The position numbers and the translations under genes are program-made. Below the pieces are notes generated by a model that worked only from the letters and a program-made list of their open reading frames with translations, was not told where the DNA came from and did not search any database. A DNA stretch of 64,000 nucleotides from contig LVLI01000043.1 in the NCBI GenBank assembly GCA_001687465.1, forward strand, positions 124,001-188,000, given 5' to 3'. The stretch comes from Halocafeteria seosinensis (lineage: Eukaryota). Below are positions 1 to 11,976 of the stretch, in pieces. How positions within the stretch are numbered: the stretch's first letter is position 1; each line of letters opens with the position of its first letter.

Positions 1-1603
1 TTTCTTGGCCACCAAGGCATTCAATCAAGTCCATTAGGTCGTGGCGTCTGGCTAAATCTTGGACTTCAGCGGGGGGTTGTTGACCGCGTAGCGGAAGCGG
101 GGGCTCGATAACTAATTCAGCGAGCAAATCTTCATTGTGCCCGTGGGCAAACTCGCGAAGAGAATGGGCCAAATGATTCGTTTCCAACCGACGCTCTATC
201 AGGGCCTGTATGAATGCACTGCGAATAGGACCAGAGGCTACTGACCACAATTCAAAGAGAAGCTGCATCCTTTGTTTAGGAATAAGCGTGTGTATACCGG
301 CTTCTGGTGCAGCCGTATGTTGGTTTCCGGATGAGCTCTGCGTGTTAGGGGACTTCTGCGTAGGTGGCATTACTATCTTTGTTTCTTGAAGAGCTGAATG
401 CGACTTATCCCCGCTAAGTGTGCGGTACTGTTGCGACACTGGATCCCGTAGCTTACTCTCATAATGATGACCGCTGGTATGATCTTCATCATCGATATCT
501 GTACTATCGCTATTGTTCGCATCGAAACCATTTGCACCGCCGTTGTAGAAAATGGAGTGTGAAACGACGTCCGATCCCTTTGCCTCGCCGTTATTTCCTT
601 CCACAATGCCATTGAGTTCCCTACGGGAGGAGGTAGTAGCCCACTTGGTTTCCGGTTGATCATACGCTGCATGCCTGTTTCTTACGTTTTCGATGCAGAC
701 GCCATGACTCGCACCCAGTCCTTCAACAGCACTACAGAGGTTATCTTCAGTATCTATATCTTGAGACTCTGGAGATACTACAGCAGAGTCATCATTCCTT
801 CTAGCCTCAGTTGTTATGTCAATGAAACCCAGCTCACCATCATCTCCTTCCGGCCTCCCAGGAATGTCTACTGGTGAAGCCGCTCCAAATCCCTCAGAAC
901 CAACATCACAAGTTCTACCAGCCCTCGCGTGTCCATCAACTGCACTCCATCTTCCAGAGTTTGAATTGACTCTGTTCGAGCTTCCGGTTAGCTGGTTCTG
1001 GTGTTGCCTCAAAATGGCATTTCTACTCAGATCCGAGTGGTGCTTCACCACATGGAAGCCACTGTCTCCGCCAGATCCCACAGACACTGAATCATCACTA
1101 AGAATGCTCTCATTCCCGGCATCCGGAGGGGAATTCTGCATTTGAAATCCAAACAGTGCTGGCTAACACAGAGAAGCAAACAGTACGATACCACTTCGTA
1201 CCTGTATAATTCTAACATTGCGATGTGTACTCGGCTCTTGCCGTACACTCTCCATGCGCGTTCCATTGGCCACAGCATCTGCTTCCCGTCAACACCAAAA
1301 TGTCTCTCAATAACAAACAGCAAGAGAGCAATAAATTACGCTTCCTCCTCACGTACCTAAGTTGTTGTGGAAGGAACTGGGTCGCGACATTCCGAAGCTC
1401 CCGGGACTGTCGCCCGCCCATGACACCTCTTCAGAATCATCAGAATCATAAAAAGTGGCTTCCATAACTTGGTCCCGTGGAGGTGGAACTGCATTGTGTC
1501 CACTTAATGGCGCATTCAAATCCGAAACGCGATTAGGAAGTGAGGATGAGTCGCCTCTTTCGGAGGCTCTCTCCCTCTCTGGAGTTCGTTCAGCCATGAC
1601 CAT
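1..1603 (-). CDS. Hypothetical multi-exon protein, Ser/Asp/Gly-rich, truncated by window start
   Basis: Exon 1 (MVMAERTPER...FHNNLG) ends at a GTACGT donor ~1355; short exon ~1310-1203; GTACGA...TGCAG intron ~1202-1137; then an uninterrupted frame 1136->1 (NSPPDAGNE...DLIECLGGQE), absent from the ORF track because it has no stop in the window. Confidence 0.65.
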
Positions 1604-1893
1604 CGACCGACCCCTCAAGAGGGGTTCGTTGCCGACATTTTCACACCACTATTACAACTCGTTCCATCCTCCTCCCTTTTATTGTCCAGCCTAATGTAGG
1701 AGGGTCCCGACGGAAAAGCGCAATCGTACAATCTTTTCGGAGACTTTTACTTCAACTTCAACTTGGGACCTGCCGTTTATTCATTGTGGACGCGCTGATT
1801 TCAGCCAGATTTGAGACTGTAGAGTGTATGCATCGCTCGGGTGGGAAAGCACCGTTTGATTGAGTGATTTTCCCCTGCTGTACGCGCGGGAAA

Positions 1894-2906
1894 ATGCCAC
1901 CGAAAAAGAAAGGCGGCAAGAAAAAAGGTGAGTTAGCGACCTCCATGTGGGGCTGTATACAGCTTATTTGACGCCTGTTATGGCTCCTTTGCATGATATA
2001 ACAGGTGGAGGAGGTGATGGATCCGACTTGGATCCTCAACAGGCGGCGAAGGCGTGGCAATTACAATCACAGGCGCTGAAAATGAGACTGGGTACGTTGG
2101 GCGCAGTCGCAACATCGTATACACAAAGCTCCATGATGGTTCCATTGTCACGTTTATCCACATCATACAGCCCAACAGAATATGCAAACAAGCGAAGCGG
2201 TGCGAGCGAAGCGCGAGCTCCAATCTCGCGTGGCGGACGTTCGACAGGATGTGGAGAGTCATGAACAGGAACTCTTTGATGTAACGGCGGATATGACAAG
2301 ACAGTATAAGGTAAGTTTTCGGTTTTTCTTTCTCTACCAGGGCTAGAGGGTGATTTTCGAACGGTAGCGTTTGTCGTTTTGTTTTTGAGAAGGGTGTATC
2401 GTTCAACTCTTTTTGCGTTCTCAGGCGATGGAGGAAAACTATATGAAGAAAATACAAGACTTAGAAGAGAAGATCCACTCGTTAAAAGACGAACTTGGTG
2501 AGTAATCAAAACAAAGGATACATTTTTGACAAGAATATTGGGGAAATTCTGATCGTTTCTCCCCTACTAACTCTCTTCAGCTGAGGCACGAGTCGCGTAT
2601 GAAGATATGTGTAATGAAAAGGATCAAGTAATACGTCAGAAAGACGAAGAAATTGATGCAATGAAACAGAGGATGGAGGATATGGCAAATGAGTTTGCAG
2701 ATATGTTACAGGTATGGACGTTTGCATTGGTAGCAAATTCTTTTGGCAGAATCGTTATGCATAGCATCGTGTGGTTGCTTCAGGATACGCTGAAGCGCAT
2801 GTCGGAAAAGATAGAAATCAGTGCCACCAAGTGGGAAGGAGAAGCAAGTGTACCCGTGCTACAGCGCATGGAAGAGATAGTGGACACATCGGCGACAAAC
2901 AAGTAG
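1894..2906 (+). CDS. CCDC153: Coiled-coil flagellar protein CCDC153/DRC12-like (about 6 exons)
   Basis: MPPKKKGGKKK start; spliced product contains TADMTRQYK|AMEENY and KDEEIDAMKQRMEDMANEFADMLQ|DTLKRMSEKI, characteristic of CCDC153; GT-AG introns. Confidence 0.8.
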
Positions 2907-3099
2907 TTCCGCCTGGAAAAAATGGGAATGACGCACAAGCGATTGTGCATCCAATGACGTGCAACAAGCTCGTTATAATTAGTAATTTCGCCAATGGTGT
3001 CTTTTGGCACATACGTTCGTGTTTGAACAAGCGCTAGGCATCTAAGCTGAGACTGGACTACTTCAATAACATACATAGCAAAAATTCACGTATTGTGTA

Positions 3100-4549
3100 T
3101 TACTTTTTCTTCTTCTTCGACCCAGCATCTTTCTTGGCTTTCTCCTTTTCTCTCCATTTAGCTTCCCGTGCCTCTCTTTGCCTACTCGCTTCCAGTTCGG
3201 CGAGGTACTCTTCACGTTCAACTCGCTGTAAATAAAATTGCATCGGTCTTAGGGTCAACACAAAAGAAAAACAAATCAGCCGATGGCGGGAACTCACCTC
3301 TCGTTCTTGTTTTCGCTTTTCCTTCTGCTTACTGATCCATTCTTCTTCGGTTCGCTGCTTCTCGGATTCAGCTTTCTTCCTTTCGTTTTCTGCCTCTTTC
3401 TTCCGCTCCTCTGCTCTCTTTTTCTTTGCTTGCGCTCTCACGTCAGTCACATTCTTGCTGCGAACGCAGACACAATGGGGAGTTTGAGGTGCACGGCTAC
3501 AATGCTCGCACAACCATGTGCACATACCGATTGCGTTTCAACTTGTCCTTTATGTATGCTAGATCATCTATTTCTATACCGTCTGTGTTGGACACCTGTA
3601 AGCGCAGGAGAGTGTCGTTTTCCTCCAGAGCTTCTCGTAAGAGCTTGCCTCCGTGTGACCCTAGCCCTGTCTGGAATAAATCGATTGTATGGAGAGTAGT
3701 GTTCGTCTTCAATGCTTCAGTCATAGCTTCCAGTCCCTCAAAGTTTTTCATCTTGCTCGTTAACGGATTATGCTCTAAGCTCAACGACAACAGGGTATCG
3801 TTTGTTTCAATCACTTTCGCAAGCACTTTGGCAGTTGTTGATGTGAATAAGTTCCCGTCCAGGTCCAATTTCACCATAACTGCATTCTCCATTATTTCGG
3901 GGGCAAAGCACAACATTGATCATTGCAAAATTAAACAGAGGAGCTGACTGCTGTAACTTACATCTGTTGCTTTGCATTGCTGTGGCCAGTTCCACGCCAA
4001 CATCATCCCTGAGATTACAGCGACAGAGATCCAAGGAACGGACGGACATATTGGGTCTTAATGTTTTTACCAAAGCTCTTATGGCAACCGTGTCCTCCAA
4101 CTCAACAACCAAGTCTGGTGGCGTTAGATTGAAATTGATCAAATCTATGTAAACAGCCGCCCTATGGTTGTTAGCCACGGCATCGGATTCATCCGCCAAC
4201 TGTCTTTCTAACTGTCTCTTTCGTTTCTCGGCCTGCTCCGCAGCTTGACGTTTCTCGGCTTCTTCAGCTTGGCGCTTAGCACGTTCTTCCTTTTCTGCCT
4301 CAAATTCGTTATCAAACTCTTTTTGTAAAAGTTTCGCATCCTGATCTGGGAAATTCGTTGGCTTCAGACCTCGTCGCTTAAGCTGCAAAACCACACAAAC
4401 GAAAGAAAAGAGAGACAAAAAGCCGCGTCCTTTATTGACAATAGTTTGATACAAGAAAAAGGCAAAATTATCATTGTATTTACCTCTTCCACACGCGCAT
4501 GCTGCGTCATCTCCTCCGCGTTGCGCGGTTGATTCTCCCAGTCCGACAT
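3100..4549 (-). CDS. RNI-like leucine-rich repeat protein with charged coiled-coil termini (multi-exon)
   Basis: ORFs 4364-4549, 3807-4454, 3497-3916 and 3100-3525 join through GT-AG introns; LRR motifs SVRSLDLCRCNL, VKLDLDGNLF, TLLSLSLEHNPL, TLHTIDLFQTGL. Confidence 0.8.
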
Positions 4550-5010
4550 TGTTGCCTTTTATTTTTTCGTTCTCTCTCTTCCTACAACACTCTCAACTCG
4601 TCCGTACGCCTACAATCAGACGACCAATGGGATCCTTAAACATACGGTGAATACAGAGCGTATACAGCGCGTGAATGAATGGTAAACGGCTCTGGAGCTC
4701 GCAACTTCAACAAAACGACACTCTATTGAGATCCCACAATAAAGACCAACTACTACCCTTCCCTTCGCAACAATCAATGCAGTATCATTCCTCCATATAA
4801 GGCTGTACAATACACTGTCGTCACTGTGAAAATAGCGTATCCGACGGAACCTTTCCACCAACGTTGAGTTTGTGAAGTTGAGCTGATTCACCTCATTAAG
4901 AAGCACATCTGGCGCCAATATGGTGCTACTAAGTGAGTGCGATGGGTTTATATTGTATATGCACCTTCCAACAGGTGGGTGAGGCTTGAGTCGAGTAAGG
5001 AAAAGGATGC

Positions 5011-5018
5011 AAAAAAAA
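5011..5018 (-). terminator. RNA polymerase III terminator (T8) of the tRNA gene
   Basis: A8 on + strand directly abutting the tRNA 3' discriminator base. Confidence 0.85.
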
Positions 5019-5090
5019 TGCACCTGCCGGGAATCGAACCCGGGGCGACTGCTTGGGAAGCAGCCATGTTCACCACTACACTACAGGTGC
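5019..5090 (-). tRNA. trnG-CCC: tRNA-Gly (anticodon CCC), intronless, no encoded CCA
   Basis: Reverse complement GCACCTG TA GTGT AGTGGTGA ACAT G GCTGC TTCCCAA GCAGT CGCC CCGGG TTCGATT CCCGG CAGGTGC A folds as a full cloverleaf. Confidence 0.97.
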
Positions 5091-5313
5091 TGGAGCACAT
5101 GTTCGCACTCTTACCTTGTTGCGACTGTTCTGCTAGTATCTATAGTACTCAAGGACAGACCATTACGAGATGATGAGTATTACGATGGTACAGTGTATTC
5201 AGCTGGTAAGGTTTGGTGGTGAACACTAGCATCACGTGCAAGAGCACTCTTGAGGTTACAAGTGGAGAAACGTTCTATCTGGGTGTTGCAACGTGACGTG
5301 ATTCGATTCAAAA

Positions 5314-5976
5314 ATGAGTTCCGCATTGGATTATGGCAAGAGCATTTACGATTGGTGGGGTTCCAGCTCTTGGGCCTACAAGGTTTTGATGTTCTTCGTT
5401 CTGGGTGGTCAGGAAAATAAACTTCGGAAGAAAACTGTAGAGGCTTGCAACATTTCCTCTGGAAACACCATTTTGGATCTTTGCTGTGGTAACGGCGGTA
5501 ATTTACAGTACTTGCAAGAGCGCGTTGGTTCCAATGGCAAGATCTTTGCGTTGGACTACAGTGAAGGAATGCTGAAAACAGCCCAAGAACAGGCGAAAAG
5601 TCAAGACTGGACGAACATTGAGTATTATCGAGAGGATGCAGCGATTCAGGAGTACGAGAAGGATTCCCTTGACGGTGCAATCTGCACTTTATCACTGACA
5701 GCTGTTCCAGAACATGAGGAAGCAATTAAGCAAGTCTACCGGGGCCTAAGGAACGGTAAAACTTTCGCGGTACTGGACTCCAAAGGCTTTGAAGGAATCT
5801 TGAGCGTGTTCAATCCGTTAGTCCGGTTGATTTTCGGCTACGCCACGAACTGGGATTGCCACAAAGATGTCATTCGGTCGCTAGAGAACGTATTTGGTGC
5901 GCAGAATGTGCACACCCTGGGTAAATATAATGCGGGTAGTTCCTACATCGTCACCGCCACCAAGCGATCAACGTAA
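5314..5976 (+). CDS. Class I SAM-dependent methyltransferase (UbiE/Methyltransf_11-like), intronless
   Basis: Motif I ILDLCCGNG, post-I ALDYSEGML, motif II REDA...SLDGAIC, motif III LRNGKTFAVLD; 220 aa. Confidence 0.9.
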   Translation: MSSALDYGKSIYDWWGSSSWAYKVLMFFVLGGQENKLRKKTVEACNISSGNTILDLCCGNGGNLQYLQERVGSNGKIFALDYSEGMLKTAQEQAKSQDWTNIEYYREDAAIQEYEKDSLDGAICTLSLTAVPEHEEAIKQVYRGLRNGKTFAVLDSKGFEGILSVFNPLVRLIFGYATNWDCHKDVIRSLENVFGAQNVHTLGKYNAGSSYIVTATKRST

Positions 5977-6146
5977 TGCACAGTTTCAATGCGTCGTGTT
6001 GCAAGAGCGATCCCGAATGGAGTAAGGACCATTGGAGAAAGCTGATATAGCACGCGTGCTCTGACAACATTCAACTCATTCGGCCTTATGTTCAAAACCT
6101 GACATCTTTCCCTTGCTATAGCTGATATACACAAGCGCCACGATAC

Positions 6147-7517
6147 TCAGGCGTTGACCGCCCATAACAAATGCTGCACTTTTTGGCGTGATTGGCGTAG
6201 CTTTTCAAGTACTTCATTCACTTGTTGCAACACTTGACCTCCATATCCGCGACACTTTTGCAGCGGCTCATCCAAACGATCCAAGTATACCCAACAAACA
6301 CGTAGTTGATGGATATTTCGGCACACACCTAATGTGATAGTTGCGTCAGCGCTTGGAGTTTCATCCTCTTTAGAAATCTTTTCCTCTTCTTCCTGGCCAT
6401 CATTCGATACATCAGCATTCTGAACAGCTTGTTCCAATAAGGCTGATGCTGTTTCAATGTCTTTCTTAGAATACGATATTACCTGCTGAACGAGTCGATT
6501 GATAACCGAGGAAGCAATGACATTGGCTGTCGATAATCCCACTAAAACAAAGCTGGGAGCAAAGGATGCAAAAATAACATACATTCTTCATTGATATGAT
6601 ATCGCCCAAGAACCACAAGGCACGTACTCTTCGAACGGTGAGCTTAACAGCTCCGACACAAGACGAACTACATATTCCATCCACGAGACACAACCTTCGA
6701 ACTGCACCAAATCAATGAGATCAATATTCGCTGATGTGATGGTCTGATGATCGAGCTCCGTCTCTCTGTTAAACTCCACGACATCCTCCGGAAACGACGT
6801 CTCCTCCTCGTTGCCCCCAGAAGTACTCGCACCACTTCCACTAGCCATGTCGTACACTTCCGAGACCTCGTGCTGCTCTGTAGATTTGATGTTGAGCAAT
6901 TCGGACGGGGTACAGCCTGCTGTCTCCGTCCGAAAAGGCCAGACAGGGAAGGCTCCCGGAGGTGTTAACGGTAGCTGTAGTCGATTGCTGTTGCTGTTCG
7001 TCTTGGAATCATCCTCGTTCTCTTCTTGAAGGTTCAGTTCCTCCAGGAGGTTCCGAATATCGCCTACATTTTCATCCAGAGGTTTCGCTCGAAGTGTAGC
7101 TGCATTCGCGCGGCGCAACACATCTACCGTCACGGACTCCTTTTCGATGGATAATAAATGGTACAAACTCGTCGCTGCGCCCTCTTTGAGCCATAGTTTC
7201 GACGCCTTCCTGACCTCCGTCAAACGATGCACCAAGGCTCGAATAAATAGACTGTGCTCTGCAAACACCTGCTGCGTACTCACTGTCCTGTAAGCACCAC
7301 TATAATCGTCTTTACCTCCATATTTCGTGTTGGAAGGAGGGAGATGCTGCGACTGTGCAGAATGAAATATGTCATCCGGTGTGTCTGGGATGTGCCGGCG
7401 ATTGTTATTCATCATCTCGAACGTGAGAATGGAACTGGGGAAGAATGGAGCAACAATACCGTATATCGACACCATGTCGTCCTCCCCGCGGGAAGTCGTC
7501 AACTGTGAATCTTCCAT
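6147..7517 (-). CDS. Katanin p80 C-terminal (con80)-like domain protein, KATNBL1-like, with a low-complexity insertion
   Basis: EHSLFIRALVHRLTEVRKASKLW...ESVTVDVL...LVSELLSSPFEEY resembles con80; GTACGT donor ~6627 links to the 3' exon ending 6147. Start codon and exon bounds uncertain. Confidence 0.55.
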
Positions 7518-7761
7518 TGGAATTCAAAAGCACATGATGTGGAAATTAAAGGTACCTACTCTACATAACGTGATAAGAGGTTCAATTATACAGAGTTAAC
7601 CGCAAAATCTGGAGAGAATGCGTATCTTTACATAACTCGAAGTCATCCCTGCCCAACTCCAGGGACAGTGTGTATCGGTACATTGCTCCTACCGAAAGAC
7701 GCTTAGTCTACACAGGTTTCAGTGGGCGGTAGTGTTCGCCGCGATATGCGCTCTTCCATAG

Positions 7762-10095
7762 CTATTCCTGGGAACACTCTTCACTGGCCATGCGTTTTCG
7801 TTTGACAACCCTTCGTCTTCCATAGACGGAATTCAACAGCTCCTCCAGCGCCGACGGCTTGAAACCTTGGGTTCGAGCTAAATCGTTCGCAGTGCGGCCC
7901 TTCTGCACAAACATGGATCGAGCTACAAGCTGAGCATCACGACAGTGAGCTGGAAACCACAAAAGACGTACGTTATCGCGGATGCCCACGTCTAGGCATG
8001 GAACTTTCAGCAATGTTCGGACGTGACGGATGCTGCTATTCCTTACAGCAATGTGTAGCGGTGTTTCTCCGTCCTGTTCATGAGAGTCGCGATAGGTCAT
8101 GGGAGTCATTTCACACCACTTCAGGGTGCTAAATTCGTAGACGCAGTTCCGACTTACATTGTTTTTGCTATTGACTCCCGTTGTGTTCTCCCGTTCTAAC
8201 ACAAGCAGTTCCAAGGCTCCTGCACCAATAGTGTTCATCCCTCTGCACGCAACATGAATGGGAGTGTTTCCGTCCTGCATAAAAGCAAATAACTTGAAGT
8301 ACTTGGAAAGTGTGTGCTCCGAAATCCAAATGAACCGCGTTATAAACACACACAATAGCGATACGTTGCATTACACTGTACTGGCAGTTACATTACACAC
8401 TGCTCACCTCATCCGGTATATCCACGCATATACCGCTGACTTGGCATAGAGCTTTGAAAGATTCCGAACACCCGAACTTTGCTGCACAATGCAAGGCCGT
8501 TTCACCTATCTGTAACAAAGGGTTTAATGTGTATGGGAAGTGGCGGTCCTGGTCGACTTATCATCCCAATTGTACTTGAACGCACGTTATTTGTGCTGTT
8601 GATGACAGCAGACTCTATCGTATTCCTTTTGAGAGGTTCTAAGAGATATCGAAGCGTCGGTAAATCCTTTCTTACACAGGCGATGTGTATCGAAGTATTG
8701 CCGACCTGTACAAGTCACTCAGCGGGACCCCCAGTCAGAGTACATTTGTGGTATGACGATTTTCAGGGTTCAAGATTCTGTCCCTAATTGCCGTACGTTG
8801 TTCTTGACGCTGAGGTCTATAGAAGAAGATTCCAGCAGCTCTCTAACAATTTGGTTATATCCCCGCTCTGTTGCTAAATGAATTGGTGTGTCTCCGCCCT
8901 GTCATCAAGAGGAAAATGTGAGTCCTGGAGGAAGGAACTGGAAAATATGTAAGATGGTGTATCGGATATGCCCGAACCCTACCATTTCGCTGGCGTTTTT
9001 CAAGTTCACGTCAGCTTGTTTCTCTTTGATAAGCCTTTTAATTATTTGAGAGAGTTCTCTAGCGGATTTTGCGCCATCTCTCCGACTCACTGCTACATGT
9101 AGCGGAGTGTTTCCATTCTGGGGTGGTTGACTACACCATGACTCAATCAATATAATGATGAGGATGTAAGTCAAAGCACTTACTCTATCTTTTGCATTAC
9201 AATCGGTATTCTCACTGTCCAGCAATACGTTAACTGAGCGCCATCTGTCATCATCAAAACACTTTCCAGCGCCAAGCGCTAAACTCAGCGGGGTCTCTCC
9301 TAACTGAGCGCAGAAGTCTTGGATGACGTTATCGGCAAGCTTTACTATCACATATGTTGAATACATACATTGTTATCCATATTGAAATCCAACGTTCCTT
9401 GTTCCTTGGAATACGATACTAATTCCCGAAGGGCAGCTGGTTGGCCCTTTCGGCAAGCAATATGTATCGGGGTATCGCCAATCTGCACCAGAGACTTCTA
9501 CAATTAATTAACCATTCCAGACAACAAGTCGCGAGGTAAATCAATACTTTATTTTTCTGGTTTAATGGTGCGGATAAATCCATGCACAACGTTCTCATAC
9601 AGCTTTTCATTCGGGCCTCATTGTTCAGTTGCATTACTACGTGGACGGGGGTGTCTCCCTTCTACAAAAAATCACAATGTAGAGGAACTTCCAAATACAT
9701 AATTGCTGTTGAGAAAGTACACATACCTCATTTCTGATGTCCGGAAGCAAACCAAAATTTAAACAGAGTGACATGATAATAACTTCCTCCGCGGCGTTGG
9801 AAATGGTACGTCGTCTGTCTGGACAGAGTAACAAGGCGTGAAGGAGTGACCCACCATTTTGTTGCATGTAGTTGATGCTACCAGGAGGACATCCTTCTAA
9901 AACAGACTCGAACACAGTTTCTAGATGCCGGACTAGTTCCATGTGGTGGGCATTATCGAAATTACAGTTTATCATGTCCAATCTGCGAAAGGCTCTCTCG
10001 GTCGTCGTGCGCCACCACTTTGTGCGCACGAGATGGTTTTCGAACCATTGCATGTACACACGATGCACGGCCCTCATTCGGTTGCGTTGAGACAT
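7762..10095 (-). CDS. Ankyrin-repeat protein A, 11 exons, one ANK repeat per internal exon
   Basis: Exon 1 MSQRNRMRAVHRVYMQWF...DIRNE; internal exons start KGDTPVH, IGDTPIH, LGETPLS, NGNTPLH, GGDTPIH, VGNTSIH, IGETALH, DGNTPIH, DGETPLH; last exon KGRTANDLAR...; each preceded by an AG acceptor. Confidence 0.9.
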
Positions 10096-11976
10096 GGTTG
10101 ATACCGATAAGAACAAGTGAAGAAGTGTCAGGCACAAACGTAATCAATCCTTCGAGTGTTGTTTCGGTGGATTTGGACCAGGGGCACGTCAAAATCAAAC
10201 TTCAGAACTTCACCCTGAAGTTCACGCAGAACTTCAACGCAACTTCAGTGGCGGAGTAACTGCAGCGATTGCGCCTAAGCTGTTCGGTGCAGCGGAGCAA
10301 CTGCAGAATGCTGGGCAAGTGGTTGTATTTAGTAATGCCCAACACGGCGTATGAAGGGAGGCGTAGCCTCGGCTAACGGGTACTTACACACACAAATGTG
10401 ACAGATAGCCCACCGGCCGGGAAGTTGACCACATCCTCTTACTATAGTTGTGTACTTGAATACACACACACAACGGTTACCTTCGTGCCCCGACATGAAT
10501 GAACTTTTTTCCACACCGATACCGGGACAATGGTCTCTTCCTCTCGTTTCCAGGTTTGCATCACAACTTTGAAGACTTCCTTTTGCACGCTGTGTCACCA
10601 ACGTGTTCGAGCGAGGTGTATTTGAAACCATTGGGCGTACAGATGATGCACGGTTAGCATTTCTGTCGCATAAGGCTGTTCACAGTACTGAGACAACCAA
10701 AGAATCAAAAAGATTGTTGGTGGTGTTGCAAGAATGATTGAAAAATGGCTATCCCCCCCGCCCCCCGCGGATACAGTTCGGTTGTGTACATAGCATTGAA
10801 AAACTACAGGGACATGCAATATCATAAAGGATAACGTCCTGGGGATTTTCTTGACTTTATTAAACTTCGTTGGCTTTTCCGCATCGCGCACTATGCTGCC
10901 GTCGACTGTCGGTTATATTACGCAAAACCCATTTCTGCTGCGAGTACGTTGTACAGTTCGTATTAGGCTATAGTCGACTCTCAAGCGGAACCGGTGTCTC
11001 TTGCGTGCATGATGTGCAGTTCTAAGCATGTCACCATGGTGCACGAAGGAATAAAAGGTAGGAGCTACAGCGTGGCAATGAAAGCTAACTCTCTTGCTCT
11101 CTATCGTAATTAACCCAAACTGTTGACACAAGTTTGATGTGCAAAAAGTCAATTCAAAAGAATGCCCGGAATAACGGGCTAAATCTTGCTAATCAAATCA
11201 TGTCATCGCAGGATAGTGCAAAGTGCTCTCCCATGGACCGCGGCCTTTGAGGTCCGTTGATGGACACCTTGTCTCGTTTCGAGCAAACAAGGCATTCCTA
11301 ATCGGTCACTCGCATTCTTTGCTTCGCTTTTTCTTCTCTCTGTAATTCAAAAACCAGCATGGTAAGTTCGCGTTCCGGGAACTTCCGCCCCAAGTGATGC
11401 CGATACAAGCAAGGTACGTACCGCTTCCTGAAAGCACATTTTCCACTGCGAGCAAGATAAAAAACATTCTCATCATACCGAAAGACACCTTGTATAGCTA
11501 GCTATGGGGCAGGACGCACTTGGAGGAATTGCTCCTTGCAAGTTTCCGATTTGGTGGAAGGGTTCGCCAGACTGCATCGTAGGGACTCCTGGCCTAATTC
11601 ATAACATGGCTGCACCACAATTCACCACCATCGTCGTTGTAATTGCCTTAAATGGCAGCTAAATGCGTAACATATCCCTAACTTCAACTTACGTCATTGT
11701 AGCTAGCTTTCATGCTCTGTGCTTGATGCTGGTTCATCGTACTGCCACTACTATCCGGTGAAACACTCGTTTTAGCCTTCCTACGCGTGCCTTGGAGCTT
11801 CTTTTTACCCTCGTAAGGCGTATAATGGGCGCCCGTGGACGCCCCTCCTCCTCCTTCGGGCGCTGGAGTGGTTCGATGCAATAAAATGTCCATTTCAGAG
11901 GAAGGAGCTTTATTTGGGTTGTTATTCGCCGCCATTATATGTTAATAGTATACATGTAAATGAGACAAGAGGGGGG

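Noticed and set aside
5214..5230. Partial tRNA copy / att site (GTGGTGAACA matches the tRNA D-arm, inverted)
   Set aside because: Only 10 bp, not the 3' end, and no integrase; compatible with chance.
11300..11935. Minus-strand gene starting MAANNNPNK
   Set aside because: Plausible first exon and donor, but I could not build a stop-free spliced continuation.
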